Source of the DNA: an uncultured Gemmatimonadales bacterium
GTDB lineage: Bacteria; Gemmatimonadota; Gemmatimonadetes; Gemmatimonadales; GWC2-71-9
Assembly (NCBI GenBank): GCA_963711915.1
Contig: CAVQGA010000012.1
Coordinates: 31,841 to 95,840, forward strand
Reading direction: 5' to 3'
Length of the DNA stretch: 64,000 nucleotides
Shown here: positions 9,869-20,098 of the stretch, piece after piece
How the letters are laid out: every line of letters starts with the position of its first letter
Position numbering within the stretch: position 1 is the stretch's first letter
Translations under genes and position numbers: made by a program
The notes under the pieces: generated by a model
What the model saw: the letters and a program-made list of their open reading frames with translations, nothing else
Told to the model about the DNA's origin: nothing
Databases searched by the model: none

Positions 9869-10372
9869 ATGCACGGCCGCCGGGTGCTCTGGCTCGTCCC
9901 GCTCCTCCTCGCGCTGCACAACGCCGAGGAAGCCGTCTTCTTTCCCCGCTATCTGCCGTTCGTGCTCGCCCGGCTCCCTGCGGCCTGGCGGGCGGTCGCC
10001 GGCCCGGTTACTTCCGGCCAGGTGTGGCTCGCACTCGCGATCGTCACCGCCGGCGCGCTCGGTCTCGCGGTCTGGGCCCAGCGCCGGCCCGGGAGCGCCA
10101 CGGCGCTCTGGCTGCTGCTGCTGCTCCAGGCCACCGTCCTGCTCAACGTGCTGTGGCACATCGCTGCGGCCGTCGTGTTGTTCCGCGGCTATGCCCCCGG
10201 GCTGGTGACGGCCCTGCTGCTCAACCTGCCGTTCTCGCTCTATCTTCTGGCTCGCGCGGTCCGGGAGCGGTGGCTGAGCCGGGCCGCGCTCTGGTCGCTG
10301 GCGCCGGCGGCGCTCCTGGTGCACGGGCCCCTGTTGTCCGCGCTGCTGCTCGCCACCGAGCGGTGGCGATAG
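9869..10372 (+). CDS. HXXEE domain-containing membrane protein
   Basis: LHNAEEAVFF motif near the N-terminus, followed by hydrophobic helices. Confidence 0.65.
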   Translation: MHGRRVLWLVPLLLALHNAEEAVFFPRYLPFVLARLPAAWRAVAGPVTSGQVWLALAIVTAGALGLAVWAQRRPGSATALWLLLLLQATVLLNVLWHIAAAVVLFRGYAPGLVTALLLNLPFSLYLLARAVRERWLSRAALWSLAPAALLVHGPLLSALLLATERWR

Positions 10373-10384
10373 TGCCGTAGTTCC

Positions 10385-11617
10385 ATGGGCGCATCCGGTC
10401 CTCGCTGGCCCGTGGGGAGGATCGTATTGGTCGCCGTCGCGCTCGCGGCGGCGGCCGCGCTGTCGATCAGCCAGGGCGCCCACCAGCGGGTCGGGCAGGA
10501 CTTCCACGTCTTCTGGCAGGCCGGCCGCAACTTCTTCACCGGTCATCCGCTGTACCACGACTACCTGCCCGGCGCCCGGCCGCTCAAGTATCCGCCGTTC
10601 GCGGCCTTCGTGTTCCAGCCACTGGGCCTGTTCTCGCTTCAGACGGCCGGCGCGCTGTTCTCGTTCCTCAATCTGCTGCTGTGGGGGTGGTCGGTTTGGC
10701 TGACGCGCGACATTCTCGCGCGCCTGTGCCCCGATCGACCGCCTGGCGCGCTTCCGCTGGGGATCGCGCTCGTGCTCTCCGCTCAGTTCTTCCTGGACAA
10801 CTTCCACCACGCCCAGATGAACGGGGTGATCCTGACCCTCGTGCTGTTGGGGATCCGTGCGTACCTGCGGGGGGAGGACGGGCGGGCCGCCGCCGCCATC
10901 GTGGCGGCGACAGCCATCAAGATCACGCCCATCTTCTTCGTCGCCTGGCTGGTGCTCCGGGGCCGGCGGCGGAGCGCGCTCGCGGTCGTGCCGGTCGCGC
11001 TGGCCTGTGTCCTGGCTCCGCTGCTCCTCCGCGGGCCGGCCACCGGCGCGTCCGAGCTGGTCGAGTACTATCACACCTTTCTCCAGGGGCACCAGCACGG
11101 AGAGATCGACAGCTACACCGGCGGCCAGAACATCGCGGCATTCGTGAACCGGATGACGCGGCCGACCGAAAATGCGCGGGGGGTGTCATTCCGCTATCTC
11201 CCGCTTTCCGAGCCGGCCGCCCAGACCGCGTACCGCGCCCTCTGGACGGCCGTGCTCCTGGCGTTTCTCGCGCGGTTGGCGCTCCTCCGCCGCCGCCGAA
11301 CCGCGGTGTCGGCGCTCGAGCTGGCCCTCGTATTCCTCGCGGGCCTGCTGCTCTCGCCGATCACCTTCACCACCCATCTCGTGAGCCTGCTGTTCGTCTT
11401 CGCGGCGTTCCTGTCGGTGCCTCCGGGCTCACTCTCGCCGGCGACCCGGCCGGTCGCCGTCGTGCTGTGCACGGCGATGGCCGTGATCGGTCTCAGCGGG
11501 CGCGACCTCGGGGGCAACGCCGTCTACGAGGCGGTGGGCGGCTACAGCCTCTACGTCTGGACGATGCTCCTGCTGTTTGCCACCGCCGCCGTGGCCGCCC
11601 CGCGCGACTGCGCCTGA
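10385..11617 (+). CDS. GT87 / DUF2029-type polyprenol-dependent glycosyl(mannosyl)transferase-like membrane protein
   Basis: Polytopic membrane protein with DFHVFWQAG...PLYH...YPPFAAFVFQPL...AIKITPIFF, typical of DUF2029/GT87. Confidence 0.65.
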   Translation: MGASGPRWPVGRIVLVAVALAAAAALSISQGAHQRVGQDFHVFWQAGRNFFTGHPLYHDYLPGARPLKYPPFAAFVFQPLGLFSLQTAGALFSFLNLLLWGWSVWLTRDILARLCPDRPPGALPLGIALVLSAQFFLDNFHHAQMNGVILTLVLLGIRAYLRGEDGRAAAAIVAATAIKITPIFFVAWLVLRGRRRSALAVVPVALACVLAPLLLRGPATGASELVEYYHTFLQGHQHGEIDSYTGGQNIAAFVNRMTRPTENARGVSFRYLPLSEPAAQTAYRALWTAVLLAFLARLALLRRRRTAVSALELALVFLAGLLLSPITFTTHLVSLLFVFAAFLSVPPGSLSPATRPVAVVLCTAMAVIGLSGRDLGGNAVYEAVGGYSLYVWTMLLLFATAAVAAPRDCA

Positions 11618-11627
11618 TCGCCCCGCG

Positions 11628-13061
11628 CTACAGCGACTGCAGGAATGCCAGCAGCGCCGCCCGCTCGGCGGCCGAGAACCGGCGGACCCGATCCCGCGCG
11701 TTGGCGGCCTCGCCCCCGTGCCAGAGCACGGCCTCGAGCAGGGAGCGCGCTCGACCATCGTGCAGGAAGTTGGTATGGCCGTTCACCGTCTGCACCAGAC
11801 CGATGCCCCAGAGTGGCGGAGTCCGCCACTCGTTGCCCGAGGCCAGGAAGTCCGGGCGGTTGTCCGCGAGCCCATCGCCCATGTCGTGCAACAGGAGATC
11901 GGTGTACGGATGGATGATCTGGCCGGACACTTCGGGCACGCCGCGGAGGAATCCGGTGCGCTGCGTGGGCGTATGGCATCCCGTGCAGCCCGCGGCGTAG
12001 AACAGCCGCTCGCCCTTGGACGCGGTCGGATCGCTGAGGCTGCGCCGCGCCGGCACGCCGAGGGTCTGGGTGTAGAACGCCACGTCGCCGACGATCTGGG
12101 CGCTCACCTCCGGTGCATGCGCCTCACAGCCGGGGCGCCCCTCGCACGACTCCGACGGGAACAGCGGCGACGTGATTCCCATGTCGCCGTTGTACGCGCC
12201 GGCGGTCTGCTGAAACAGGGACGGCGCGCCGGCCTTCCAGCCGAAGCGACCCAGCACCGTGCGCTGCTGCACGGCGTCCCAGACGGAGTTGGCCCGTCCC
12301 GAGATGCCGTCGCGATTGCGATCCCGCGGGTCGGCGCGCGAGACGATATCCGCTTCGGGAATCGCCTCCAGCAGGCCGAGTCCGAAGTTCATCGGCGCCA
12401 CGCGCGGCGAGAAGAGCAGGTCGCCCGGCAGAGAAGTGTAGACGCCGGTAAGCGTGTAGTGCGGCACGCGCAGCGAGAACTTGCTGCCGTCGCTGAAGCT
12501 GCCCTGCCGCTCGACGTAGTCGATGACCGCCGTGATCTCGGGATCGAAGTTCGGCACCGCGTGCAGCTCGAGCTGGCCGCCGAACACGCCCGCCGGCTTC
12601 GGACCGCCGTTCGCGTCCTTGCCCGGCACGCTGGCCCGGTAGAGCAGCGAAGTGCCCTCGTCTCCTGGCAGCGGCGGACGCCCCCGACCGTCGCCCACGT
12701 GGCAGTCCTCGCAGGAAACGTTGTCGAACGCCGGTCCCAGGCCGCCATTCACCGCACCGGGCGCCGCCGGGATGAACTCGACCTCGAACTGCGCGTCGCC
12801 GGCCTCGTGGCGTGCGAGGCTCAGCCCGCTCAGGTTCGGAGCGGCGTGGGAAAAGGCGGCGGCGGTGGCGTCGAATACCGTGGTAGCACCGCCCGACAGC
12901 GCGGTGTGGGCGCTCAGGGTTGCGCGCGAGTCGAGCGCCAGCTCGAGCTCGGAGGCGGTGTCGGCCGGTGCGGCGGCATCCTGGGCGGGCGGAGACAGGT
13001 CGGTCTGATCGGCGCACGCCGCGAACAGCAGCGCCGAGGCGACAACGAGATAGCGCGACAT
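11628..13061 (-). CDS. di-haem oxidoreductase (DUF1111 family) lipoprotein
   Basis: Two CxxCH haem motifs (CEDCHVGDGRG and CTGCHTP), the ending GEA...ERAALLAFLQSL, and lipobox LLFAAC. Start ATG 13061 (MSRYLVV). Confidence 0.75.
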   Translation of the reverse strand: MSRYLVVASALLFAACADQTDLSPPAQDAAAPADTASELELALDSRATLSAHTALSGGATTVFDATAAAFSHAAPNLSGLSLARHEAGDAQFEVEFIPAAPGAVNGGLGPAFDNVSCEDCHVGDGRGRPPLPGDEGTSLLYRASVPGKDANGGPKPAGVFGGQLELHAVPNFDPEITAVIDYVERQGSFSDGSKFSLRVPHYTLTGVYTSLPGDLLFSPRVAPMNFGLGLLEAIPEADIVSRADPRDRNRDGISGRANSVWDAVQQRTVLGRFGWKAGAPSLFQQTAGAYNGDMGITSPLFPSESCEGRPGCEAHAPEVSAQIVGDVAFYTQTLGVPARRSLSDPTASKGERLFYAAGCTGCHTPTQRTGFLRGVPEVSGQIIHPYTDLLLHDMGDGLADNRPDFLASGNEWRTPPLWGIGLVQTVNGHTNFLHDGRARSLLEAVLWHGGEAANARDRVRRFSAAERAALLAFLQSL

Positions 13062-13493
13062 GAGTGCTCCTCTGTCGTGGAGACGGCGGTGAATCATCAC
13101 GCTCCGGCGTATCGCCGGGCGTAGCCAAGGGGCTGCGGCCGAGTGCTGGGGCCTACGAAGGGGGTTTGCTGAGGTACGCTGCGGAGTCGAGCAGATCGCG
13201 ATGGAATGGCCGCCGAGCCGGGTGCCATCTCGTTGTCGTGAGCTCGCGATGAGCCACGATGGGGAACCGGACCGCCGTTGTCAAGAGTAATGTGGTGCAT
13301 CAACTTGCAGTCATGACATTGCGCGCGCCTGGAGCGGTCGAATGCGTGCCGACGGAACCGGCTCGGTACGGAGAGGACCCGACGTGACCTGGAAGGGGTC
13401 GGCGGCGCGATACCATAGCCGCGGCGCTGCCCGTCCGTTACATTGAACGCTCCTGCCTCGGACGCCCGTGCACCATACCGCTAGTGTACCACC

Positions 13494-15278
13494 GTGAGCG
13501 AAAGCCTCCGCGCCCAACTCCAAGTCGCCCTGGGCGAGAGCCACGTCATCGAGCGGGAGCTCGGCGGCGGCGGGATGTCGCACGTGTTCCTGGCCCAGGA
13601 GCGCGCGCTCGGCCGCCTGGTCGTGGTGAAGGTGCTGCTGCCCGAGCTCGCGGCCGGGGTGAACGTGGAACGCTTCCGCCGCGAGATCAAGCTCGCGGCC
13701 CAGCTGCAGCATCCCCACATCGTGCCGCTGCTCTCCGCCGGTGAGGCGGACGGCCTCCCCTATTTCATCATGCCCTACGTGACCGGGGAGTCGCTCCGCG
13801 CGCGGATCGCGCGCGAGGGCGAGCTTCCCATCGCCGATACCGTGCGCGTGCTCCGCGACGTCGCATCGGCGCTGGCCTACGCGCACGCGCAGGGCGTGGT
13901 CCACCGCGACGTCAAGCCCGACAACGTGCTGCTCTCGAGCGGGGTCGCGGTGGTCACCGATTTCGGCGTGGCGAAGGCCGTCAGCGCGTCGTCCGAGCAC
14001 GGCGGCAGCTCGAACATCACCTCGCTCGGCGTCGCGCTCGGCACGCCAACCTACATGTCGCCCGAGCAGGCTTCGGCGAGTCCCCAGGCGGACCACCGCG
14101 CCGATCTCTACGCGCTCGGCGTGATGGCCTATGAGATGCTGACCGGCGTGCCCCCCTTCACCGGGCGTTCGCCGCAGGCGGTGCTGGCGGCCCACGTGAT
14201 GGAACAGCCGCAGCCGGTCGAGCGGCGCCGGGCCGCCGTGCCGGCGGCGCTCAGCATGCTGGTGACGGAGTGCCTCGCCAAGAGCGCGGCCGACCGGCCG
14301 CAGAGCGCCGTCGAGGTGATGCACGAGCTGGACGCCATCGCCACACCGAGCGGCGGCACCGCGCCTACGCTCGTGCGGATGTCCGCGGCCCGGACACTCC
14401 GGACGGCGGCTGCGGGCGCGCACCAGGCGCCGACGCGAAGCTGGCGGCTTCCCGTCGCTCTCGCGGCCGCGGCGCTCGTGCTGGTGGCGGGTGGCCTGTT
14501 CGTTCGACGCGACCGGACGTCGCCGGCGGGGCCGACGGCCGCGGCCCCTGCGCCCAAGGCGAGCGAATCCCCCGCCCCCGACGCGCGGAAGCCACCCCAG
14601 GCCGACACGACATCCCCGGCGTCGGCCCATCTTCCGATCGCTCCGACGCCTGCGCCGTCGGTGGTGGCGCCCGCGGATGTCGCCCGCCCCGGCGCCGCAC
14701 CCGCCGGCCCGCGCGACGACCGACGCCGGCCAGCGGCCGCCGCCACGACGCCGCGGCCTCGCCATCCGGCGGAGCCCTCTGACACCGTCTCGACCACCTC
14801 CGACACGGTCGTCACAGCCGCGGCTCCGCCGGTGCCCAGCGCGCCGGCCGAGGCCGCGCCAGCGCCGGCGCCCGTTCCTCCGTCAGCCGGCGTCGCCCCA
14901 CCGGCCGCACCCACGCCGCCGTCCGCGACCGCTCCCCCCACTCCTCCAGCCGACCCCCGGCCCGAGATCGGTGCGCTGATGTCGCGCTACGCGGCCGCCG
15001 TCGAATCCGGCAGCCTCGCGTCCCTGAAGCAGGTGTACCCGGGGATGACGCCGGAGCAGCAGCAGGGATGGGAACAGTTCTTTGGCCTCGTTCGCGACGT
15101 GAAGGCCGATCTCTCGGTGGGCCGACTCGACATCACGGGCGCTGCGGCCGAGGCGCTGGTTAGGGGGACTTACACCTACCTCAACACCAGCACGCAGCGC
15201 ATCGAGCGCACACCGGTGTCCTTCGCCGCCACCCTGCGGCGCGATGCCGGGGCGTGGCGCATTTCACAGATCCGCTGA
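13494..15278 (+). CDS. Ser/Thr protein kinase with a Pro/Ala-rich linker and a C-terminal SnoaL/DUF4440-like domain
   Basis: HRDVKPDN, TDFGVAK and YMSPEQ kinase motifs. One hydrophobic segment (LPVALAAAALVLVAGGLF). A Pro/Ala-rich linker runs to about 14950. GTG start. Confidence 0.9.
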   Translation: MSESLRAQLQVALGESHVIERELGGGGMSHVFLAQERALGRLVVVKVLLPELAAGVNVERFRREIKLAAQLQHPHIVPLLSAGEADGLPYFIMPYVTGESLRARIAREGELPIADTVRVLRDVASALAYAHAQGVVHRDVKPDNVLLSSGVAVVTDFGVAKAVSASSEHGGSSNITSLGVALGTPTYMSPEQASASPQADHRADLYALGVMAYEMLTGVPPFTGRSPQAVLAAHVMEQPQPVERRRAAVPAALSMLVTECLAKSAADRPQSAVEVMHELDAIATPSGGTAPTLVRMSAARTLRTAAAGAHQAPTRSWRLPVALAAAALVLVAGGLFVRRDRTSPAGPTAAAPAPKASESPAPDARKPPQADTTSPASAHLPIAPTPAPSVVAPADVARPGAAPAGPRDDRRRPAAAATTPRPRHPAEPSDTVSTTSDTVVTAAAPPVPSAPAEAAPAPAPVPPSAGVAPPAAPTPPSATAPPTPPADPRPEIGALMSRYAAAVESGSLASLKQVYPGMTPEQQQGWEQFFGLVRDVKADLSVGRLDITGAAAEALVRGTYTYLNTSTQRIERTPVSFAATLRRDAGAWRISQIR

Positions 15279-15284
15279 CCGCCG

Positions 15285-16619
15285 CTAGAAGTTGTATTCC
15301 AGGCCGAAGGTCCAGATCACGTCCGGCCGGAGGCCGCCCCGGTTCAGCGGCCACTCGGCATTGCCCACGACGGTGAGCCCGTTGGCCGCGGTGAGCTTGG
15401 CTCCGATCGAGCCGTCCACCAGGTCGTCCCGCGTATCGGGAATCGCACTGGGATGGATGGTACGGACGTAGGGCGACTGGATCACCACCGGGCCCGGTAC
15501 CTGGAGTGGACTGTCGCCCACCTGGAGTTGGGAGACCAGGTCGATCGCGAGCGTCGCCCACGGCGCCAGCAGATGGTCGAAGCCGAGGGTGCCCAGGACC
15601 TCGTCGGTCTCGAAGGCGCCGCCCCTATAGAGGTAGCCCAGGTTGGCGTGGGGTGAGAAGTTGCCGAAGCGGGACGAGAGGATGGCCAGCCCGCGGGCCG
15701 CGAACGAGCCCGAGCCCAGCAGATCGCTTTCGCTGCCCGTGGGAAACCTGACGTCGGCCAGGAGCCCGACCGAGAGCGGGTCGCTCCGCCGGACGTTGAC
15801 CTTCACCCGGGCGTCGACGTCGCCGATGCCGGTCGCCGAGCCGCGGACGAAGCGGGAGGCGGTCAGCACGGGGTTGTCCGGCGTACCGCCGAAGAAATGG
15901 ACGGCGGGGGGCGGCCCAAAGGGATTGATCTGCGCCTCGGTGGAGCCCTCGAGCGAGGTCGAGACCAGCGGCAGGACCACGCCGACATCGAGCCGGTCCG
16001 TCACACCGTAGGTCAGCAGGAACGAGGTCACCGTCAGCTTGACGTCCAGCGCCAGGTTGAGGCCGATGGTCTCGTTCTCCAGCGTGGGCACGCCAAGCAG
16101 CGAGCAGTCGCCCCCCGCGATGGAGTCGCACCCCTCGAAGTCGGAGTTCGCGTGCGTGAACGTGAAATTGAGGTTGTCGAGGTCCACGCCGCGAAGGGTC
16201 TTGAACTGCACCCCCGTCCGGCTCAGCCCCGCGAGCACGCGGCCCCGACCCAGCGTCTGGGCGCGCTCGCCGAACACCGGGCCGGCAGACGTGGAGGTGC
16301 GCACCGGCACCCCGCCCTCGAAGCTGAAGGTGGACCCGCCGCTCGTGGCGCTCACCGGAACGTTGGCGACGTTGCTGCCGATCGAGTTGGTCAGGAACGA
16401 GATGACCGTGCCGTTGCTGGCGACGGCGGCCGGCACGAAGTGATTGCCGTGGATCCGGACTGATTCGGGGTTGTTCGGATCGCCCGTGCCGCCGAGGAAC
16501 AGCGGATCCTGCCCCGCGCCGAAGATGAACAGGTCGGAAAGCTCGTCCCGGAGGTGCTGGGCGGCGAGGCGGGGAACGAGCGTCAGCAGGAGCGCGAGCA
16601 ACGCAAGATGGCGGGTCAT
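15285..16619 (-). CDS. outer membrane beta-barrel protein (transport-type, family unassigned)
   Basis: Signal peptide MTRHLALLALLLTLVPRLAAQ, an alternating beta-strand pattern, and C-terminal TFGLEYNF. Start ATG 16619. The longer ORF to 17195 is rejected. Confidence 0.6.
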   Translation of the reverse strand: MTRHLALLALLLTLVPRLAAQHLRDELSDLFIFGAGQDPLFLGGTGDPNNPESVRIHGNHFVPAAVASNGTVISFLTNSIGSNVANVPVSATSGGSTFSFEGGVPVRTSTSAGPVFGERAQTLGRGRVLAGLSRTGVQFKTLRGVDLDNLNFTFTHANSDFEGCDSIAGGDCSLLGVPTLENETIGLNLALDVKLTVTSFLLTYGVTDRLDVGVVLPLVSTSLEGSTEAQINPFGPPPAVHFFGGTPDNPVLTASRFVRGSATGIGDVDARVKVNVRRSDPLSVGLLADVRFPTGSESDLLGSGSFAARGLAILSSRFGNFSPHANLGYLYRGGAFETDEVLGTLGFDHLLAPWATLAIDLVSQLQVGDSPLQVPGPVVIQSPYVRTIHPSAIPDTRDDLVDGSIGAKLTAANGLTVVGNAEWPLNRGGLRPDVIWTFGLEYNF

Positions 16620-16761
16620 GACTGGGCTCCGGAAGGCGCGTGACCATGGAGTAGCGCGGGCGCGGTGTCTACATTGTCGGTGCGTATGCGGTTTCCGCAA
16701 CCTGGCTGGCGCCCGGCCGCCGCCCGGCCACCCCCCCGACCCCAGTTCCGAGAGAGCCCAG

Positions 16762-17034
16762 ATGCCCGACGCGAAGCTTCGTGCGGTGGTGGAAGAGATC
16801 CGCGGCCAGGTGGCCGGCGCGGCCGGGCTGAGCCCCGCCGCGCGCGGCTCCCTCGAGACGCTGGTCCGCGACCTCGAGCGGCTGCTCGACCGGCCGCCCG
16901 GCTCGTCGGCCGCCGACAGCGACTCGCTCCGCGACCGCGCCATCGACTCGGTCCGCCGGCTCGAGGCCTCCCACCCGAATCTGTCCACCGCCCTCGGCAA
17001 TCTCATCGACGCGCTGGCGTTCTTCGGCCTGTAG
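16762..17034 (+). CDS. DUF4404-like small protein
   Basis: MPDAKLRAVVEEIRGQV...RLEASHPNLSTALGNLIDALAFFGL. The ATG is in frame within ORF 16444..17034. Confidence 0.5.
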   Translation: MPDAKLRAVVEEIRGQVAGAAGLSPAARGSLETLVRDLERLLDRPPGSSAADSDSLRDRAIDSVRRLEASHPNLSTALGNLIDALAFFGL

Positions 17035-17127
17035 CCGGCCGCGGGCGCCGCCGCAGCGGTGCCGCCGGAGCGGGTGGCCGCCGAGTAGCTCTGGCGAGAG
17101 CCGGCGCCGCGGGCCACCTTCCGGTCC

Positions 17128-18825
17128 ATGATCCGGAGCATCGCCGGCGCCCTTGTCCTCGCCACCCTCGCCTGTCGCGGCGCCACGGTCGGCACCGCGG
17201 CAGGCGATGCCGTTTCCGCCGACCTCGTCTTCCGGAACGGAGCCGTCTACACCGTGGATGCGGCCCGAAGCTGGGCGGCTGCCGTGGCCGTCCGGAGCGG
17301 CAGGATTGTCTACGTGGGCACGGACAGCCTGCCGGCCGGCCTCGTCGGTGCGCGGACCGAGCTCGTGGATCTCCACCGCGGGATGCTGCTGCCGGCGTTC
17401 CAGGACGCGCACGTCCATCCGATCACCAGCGGGGTGGACCTCGGCGAGTGCAACCTCGACGCGGCGACGAGCGTCGGGGAGGCCGCGGATTCGATCCGCG
17501 CCTACGCCCGGGCGCATCCTGGCCTGACCTGGATCCGGGGCGCCGGGTGGCAGTTGACGCTCTTTCCCGCCGCCAATCCCTCCAGGCGGCTGCTCGACAC
17601 CCTGGTGCCGGACCGGCCGGTGGTCCTCTGGTCGGCGGACGGCCACTCCATGTGGGTCAACTCTCGGGCGCTCTCCCTCGCGGGGATCGAGCGCGGGACT
17701 CCGGATCCGCACAACGGGCGGATCGAGCGCGACCCGCGCACCGGTGAGCCGAGCGGAACGCTCCGGGAGTCGGCGACCGATCTGGTCGAGCGGGTGCTGC
17801 CGCCACGCTCGGCCGCCGAGCTGGCGGCGGGCCTCCAGCGCTCTGAGCGGCTGGCGAACTCGTTCGGCCTCACGACCCTGTTCTCGGCGCTGACCGACGA
17901 GGACGAGCTTCGGACGTTCACCCAGGCCGACCGAGCCGGGACCCTCTCGATACGGATCATCGCCGCACTGGAGGCCGAAGGCGAGTTCGGCGACAGCATG
18001 CTCGCCCGGCTGGCGGACTGGCGCCGGCGGTACGCCACTCCCCGGGTCCACCCGGTCGCCGTCAAGTTGTTCCAGGACGGCGTCATCGAGGCCCGAACGG
18101 CCGCCCTGCTCGCCCCCTATCTCGACCGGCACGGTGATGCCGGCCAGCCGCGGCGTGACCAGGCCGAGCTCGACCGGATGACGGCGGCGCTCGATCGCGC
18201 GGGCTTCCAGATCCACATCCACGCCATCGGCGATCGCGCCATTCGGATGTCTCTCGACGCCTTGGCCCGCGCGCGGACCGCCAACGGCGAGCGCGACGCC
18301 CGGCCCAGCATCGCGCACCTGCAGCTGATCGATCCGGCAGACATTCCGCGCTTCCGCTCGCTCGGCGTCGTGGCGAACTTCGAGCCCCGGTGGTCCAATG
18401 GTGACGAATACCTGACCAAGCTGGCCGAGCCGGCGCTCGGGCCGGCTCGGTCGCGCTGGCAGTACCCCATCGCTAGCGTGGTGCGGACCGGCGCGGTGGT
18501 CTCGGCCGGAAGCGACTGGTCGGTCAGCTCGCTCAATCCGCTCGAGGGCATCGAGACCGGCATCACCCACCGCGAGCCCGGGGACACCATCTCGCCGGCA
18601 TGGAATCCGCCCGAGCGCGTCGACCTCCCGACGATGATCTCCCTCTACACCATCAATGCCGCCTGGGCGCACCATTTGGATCGGATGACGGGCTCGATCG
18701 AGGTCGGCAAGCTGGCGGACCTGGTCGTGCTGGACCGGAATCTCTTCGAGATCCCCGTGGACAGGATTCACGAGGTGCGCGTGGACCGGACCCTGCTGGA
18801 GGGGAAGACGGTGTATCGGAGGTAG
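17128..18825 (+). CDS. amidohydrolase-3 family (YtcJ-like) metal-dependent hydrolase, exported
   Basis: FQDAHVHP (HxH), IHIHAIGDRA and AGSDWSV motifs, plus an N-terminal signal/lipobox-like LATLAC. Confidence 0.8.
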   Translation: MIRSIAGALVLATLACRGATVGTAAGDAVSADLVFRNGAVYTVDAARSWAAAVAVRSGRIVYVGTDSLPAGLVGARTELVDLHRGMLLPAFQDAHVHPITSGVDLGECNLDAATSVGEAADSIRAYARAHPGLTWIRGAGWQLTLFPAANPSRRLLDTLVPDRPVVLWSADGHSMWVNSRALSLAGIERGTPDPHNGRIERDPRTGEPSGTLRESATDLVERVLPPRSAAELAAGLQRSERLANSFGLTTLFSALTDEDELRTFTQADRAGTLSIRIIAALEAEGEFGDSMLARLADWRRRYATPRVHPVAVKLFQDGVIEARTAALLAPYLDRHGDAGQPRRDQAELDRMTAALDRAGFQIHIHAIGDRAIRMSLDALARARTANGERDARPSIAHLQLIDPADIPRFRSLGVVANFEPRWSNGDEYLTKLAEPALGPARSRWQYPIASVVRTGAVVSAGSDWSVSSLNPLEGIETGITHREPGDTISPAWNPPERVDLPTMISLYTINAAWAHHLDRMTGSIEVGKLADLVVLDRNLFEIPVDRIHEVRVDRTLLEGKTVYRR

Positions 18826-18914
18826 GGAGGGCGGCGGAGAGGGCGGAGAGACGGTCGGACGGGTAGACGGTCGCACGGTCGGACGAGTCGGTGGGGCGAA
18901 GCCGAGCCACCGAT

Positions 18915-18998
18915 GTCATCCCGAGCGCAGCGAGGGACCTGGCCGGGGAACGGTTCGAGCCATTCCCAGGCCAGGTCCCTCGCTACGCTCGGGATGAC
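18915..18998. repeat. REP-like palindromic element, copy 1
   Basis: GTCATCCCGAGCGCAGCGAGGGACCTGGCC ... GGCCAGGTCCCTCGCTACGCTCGGGATGAC inverted repeat. The same family occurs at 48905-48986 and 53078-53158. Confidence 0.85.
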
Positions 18999-19010
18999 AG
19001 CGTTACCCTT

Positions 19011-19132
19011 CGCACCGCGCACCGCGCACCGCGCACCGCGCACGCGCACGCGCACACCACGCGCACCGCGCACCGCGCACCGCGCACCGCGCACCGCGCA
19101 CCGCGCATCGCGCACCGCGCACCGCGCACCGC
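19011..19132. repeat. heptanucleotide microsatellite (CGCACCG)n with a few degenerate units
   Basis: Direct reading shows 4 perfect units, a degenerate CGCACG/CACCACG stretch, then about 10 more units with one CGCATCG variant. It ends 60 nt upstream of the SDR ATG. Confidence 0.9.
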
Positions 19133-19191
19133 CTGTCCGCCCGTGGACATCCACACGGGGCGCGCTTACGGTGCAGGAAAGGAGATACCGC

Positions 19192-19986
19192 ATGGATCTG
19201 GGGATCGGGCGGAGGCGCGCGCTGGTGACGGGCTCGACCGCCGGGATCGGCTTCGCCGTGGCACGGGCGCTGGCGCGCGAAGGCGCCATGGTGGTGGTGA
19301 ACGGACGGACACAGGCGCGGGTGGACGCGGCGGTGGCGGCGCTCCACCGCGAGCTGCCGCACGGTCACATCGGGGGTGTAGCCGCGGACCTCGGCACCGC
19401 AACGGGGTGCGCCGCACTCGTCGAGCAAGTGCCCGACGTCGAGATCCTGGTGAACAACCTCGGGGTCTTCGAGCCGCTGCCGTTCGAGGCCATCCCCGAC
19501 CAGGACTGGATCCGGCTGTTCGAGGTGAACGTGTTGAGCGGCGTGCGCCTCACCCGCGCCTACCTGCCGGGCATGCGTGCCCGGGACTGGGGGCGGGTGG
19601 TCTTCGTCTCCAGCGAGTCGGCGGTGCAGATCCCCACCGAAATGATCCACTATGGTGTGACCAAGACCGCGCAGTTGGCGCTCGCACGTGGACTCGCCGA
19701 GACGCTTGCCGGGACCGGCGTGACGGTGAACAGCGTGCTCCCGGGTCCTACGGCATCCGAAGGGGTGGGCAAGTTTGTCGCGGATCTCGCCGCCGCGCGC
19801 GGCGTGGACGTTCCGACGGTCGAGCGGGAGTTCTTCGCGACCGCCCGGCCGTCGTCAGTGATCCAGCGATTCGCCACGCCCGACGAGGTCGCGGCGATGA
19901 TTGTTTACGTGTGCAGCGCGCTGGCCTCGGCCACGACGGGGGCGGCGCTCCGAGTGGATGGTGGCGTGGTGCGCTCCATCGTCTAG
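19192..19986 (+). CDS. SDR family oxidoreductase
   Basis: TGSTAGIGFAVARAL, NNLG and YGVTKTA (YxxxK) motifs. RBS aggaaaggag precedes ATG 19192. The ORF-track N-terminal extension crosses the repeats and is rejected. Confidence 0.9.
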   Translation: MDLGIGRRRALVTGSTAGIGFAVARALAREGAMVVVNGRTQARVDAAVAALHRELPHGHIGGVAADLGTATGCAALVEQVPDVEILVNNLGVFEPLPFEAIPDQDWIRLFEVNVLSGVRLTRAYLPGMRARDWGRVVFVSSESAVQIPTEMIHYGVTKTAQLALARGLAETLAGTGVTVNSVLPGPTASEGVGKFVADLAAARGVDVPTVEREFFATARPSSVIQRFATPDEVAAMIVYVCSALASATTGAALRVDGGVVRSIV

Positions 19987-20098
19987 GCGCCTGGCCACGA
20001 CGCAGACCGGCCGTCGGAGCGCCGCCCGGTTCACCGAGCACGCCCGGCCGCCACTCACGTGGCGAGTCCGGTACGGTCTCGGATTGGATCGCCTCGCT

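Noticed and set aside
18913-19191. N-terminal extension of the SDR ORF (and ORFs 18891..20162 and 18768..19289)
   Set aside because: The extension is a translation of the REP palindrome and the heptamer microsatellite (RTAHRAPRTAHRAP...). The SDR starts at ATG 19192, which has a strong RBS.
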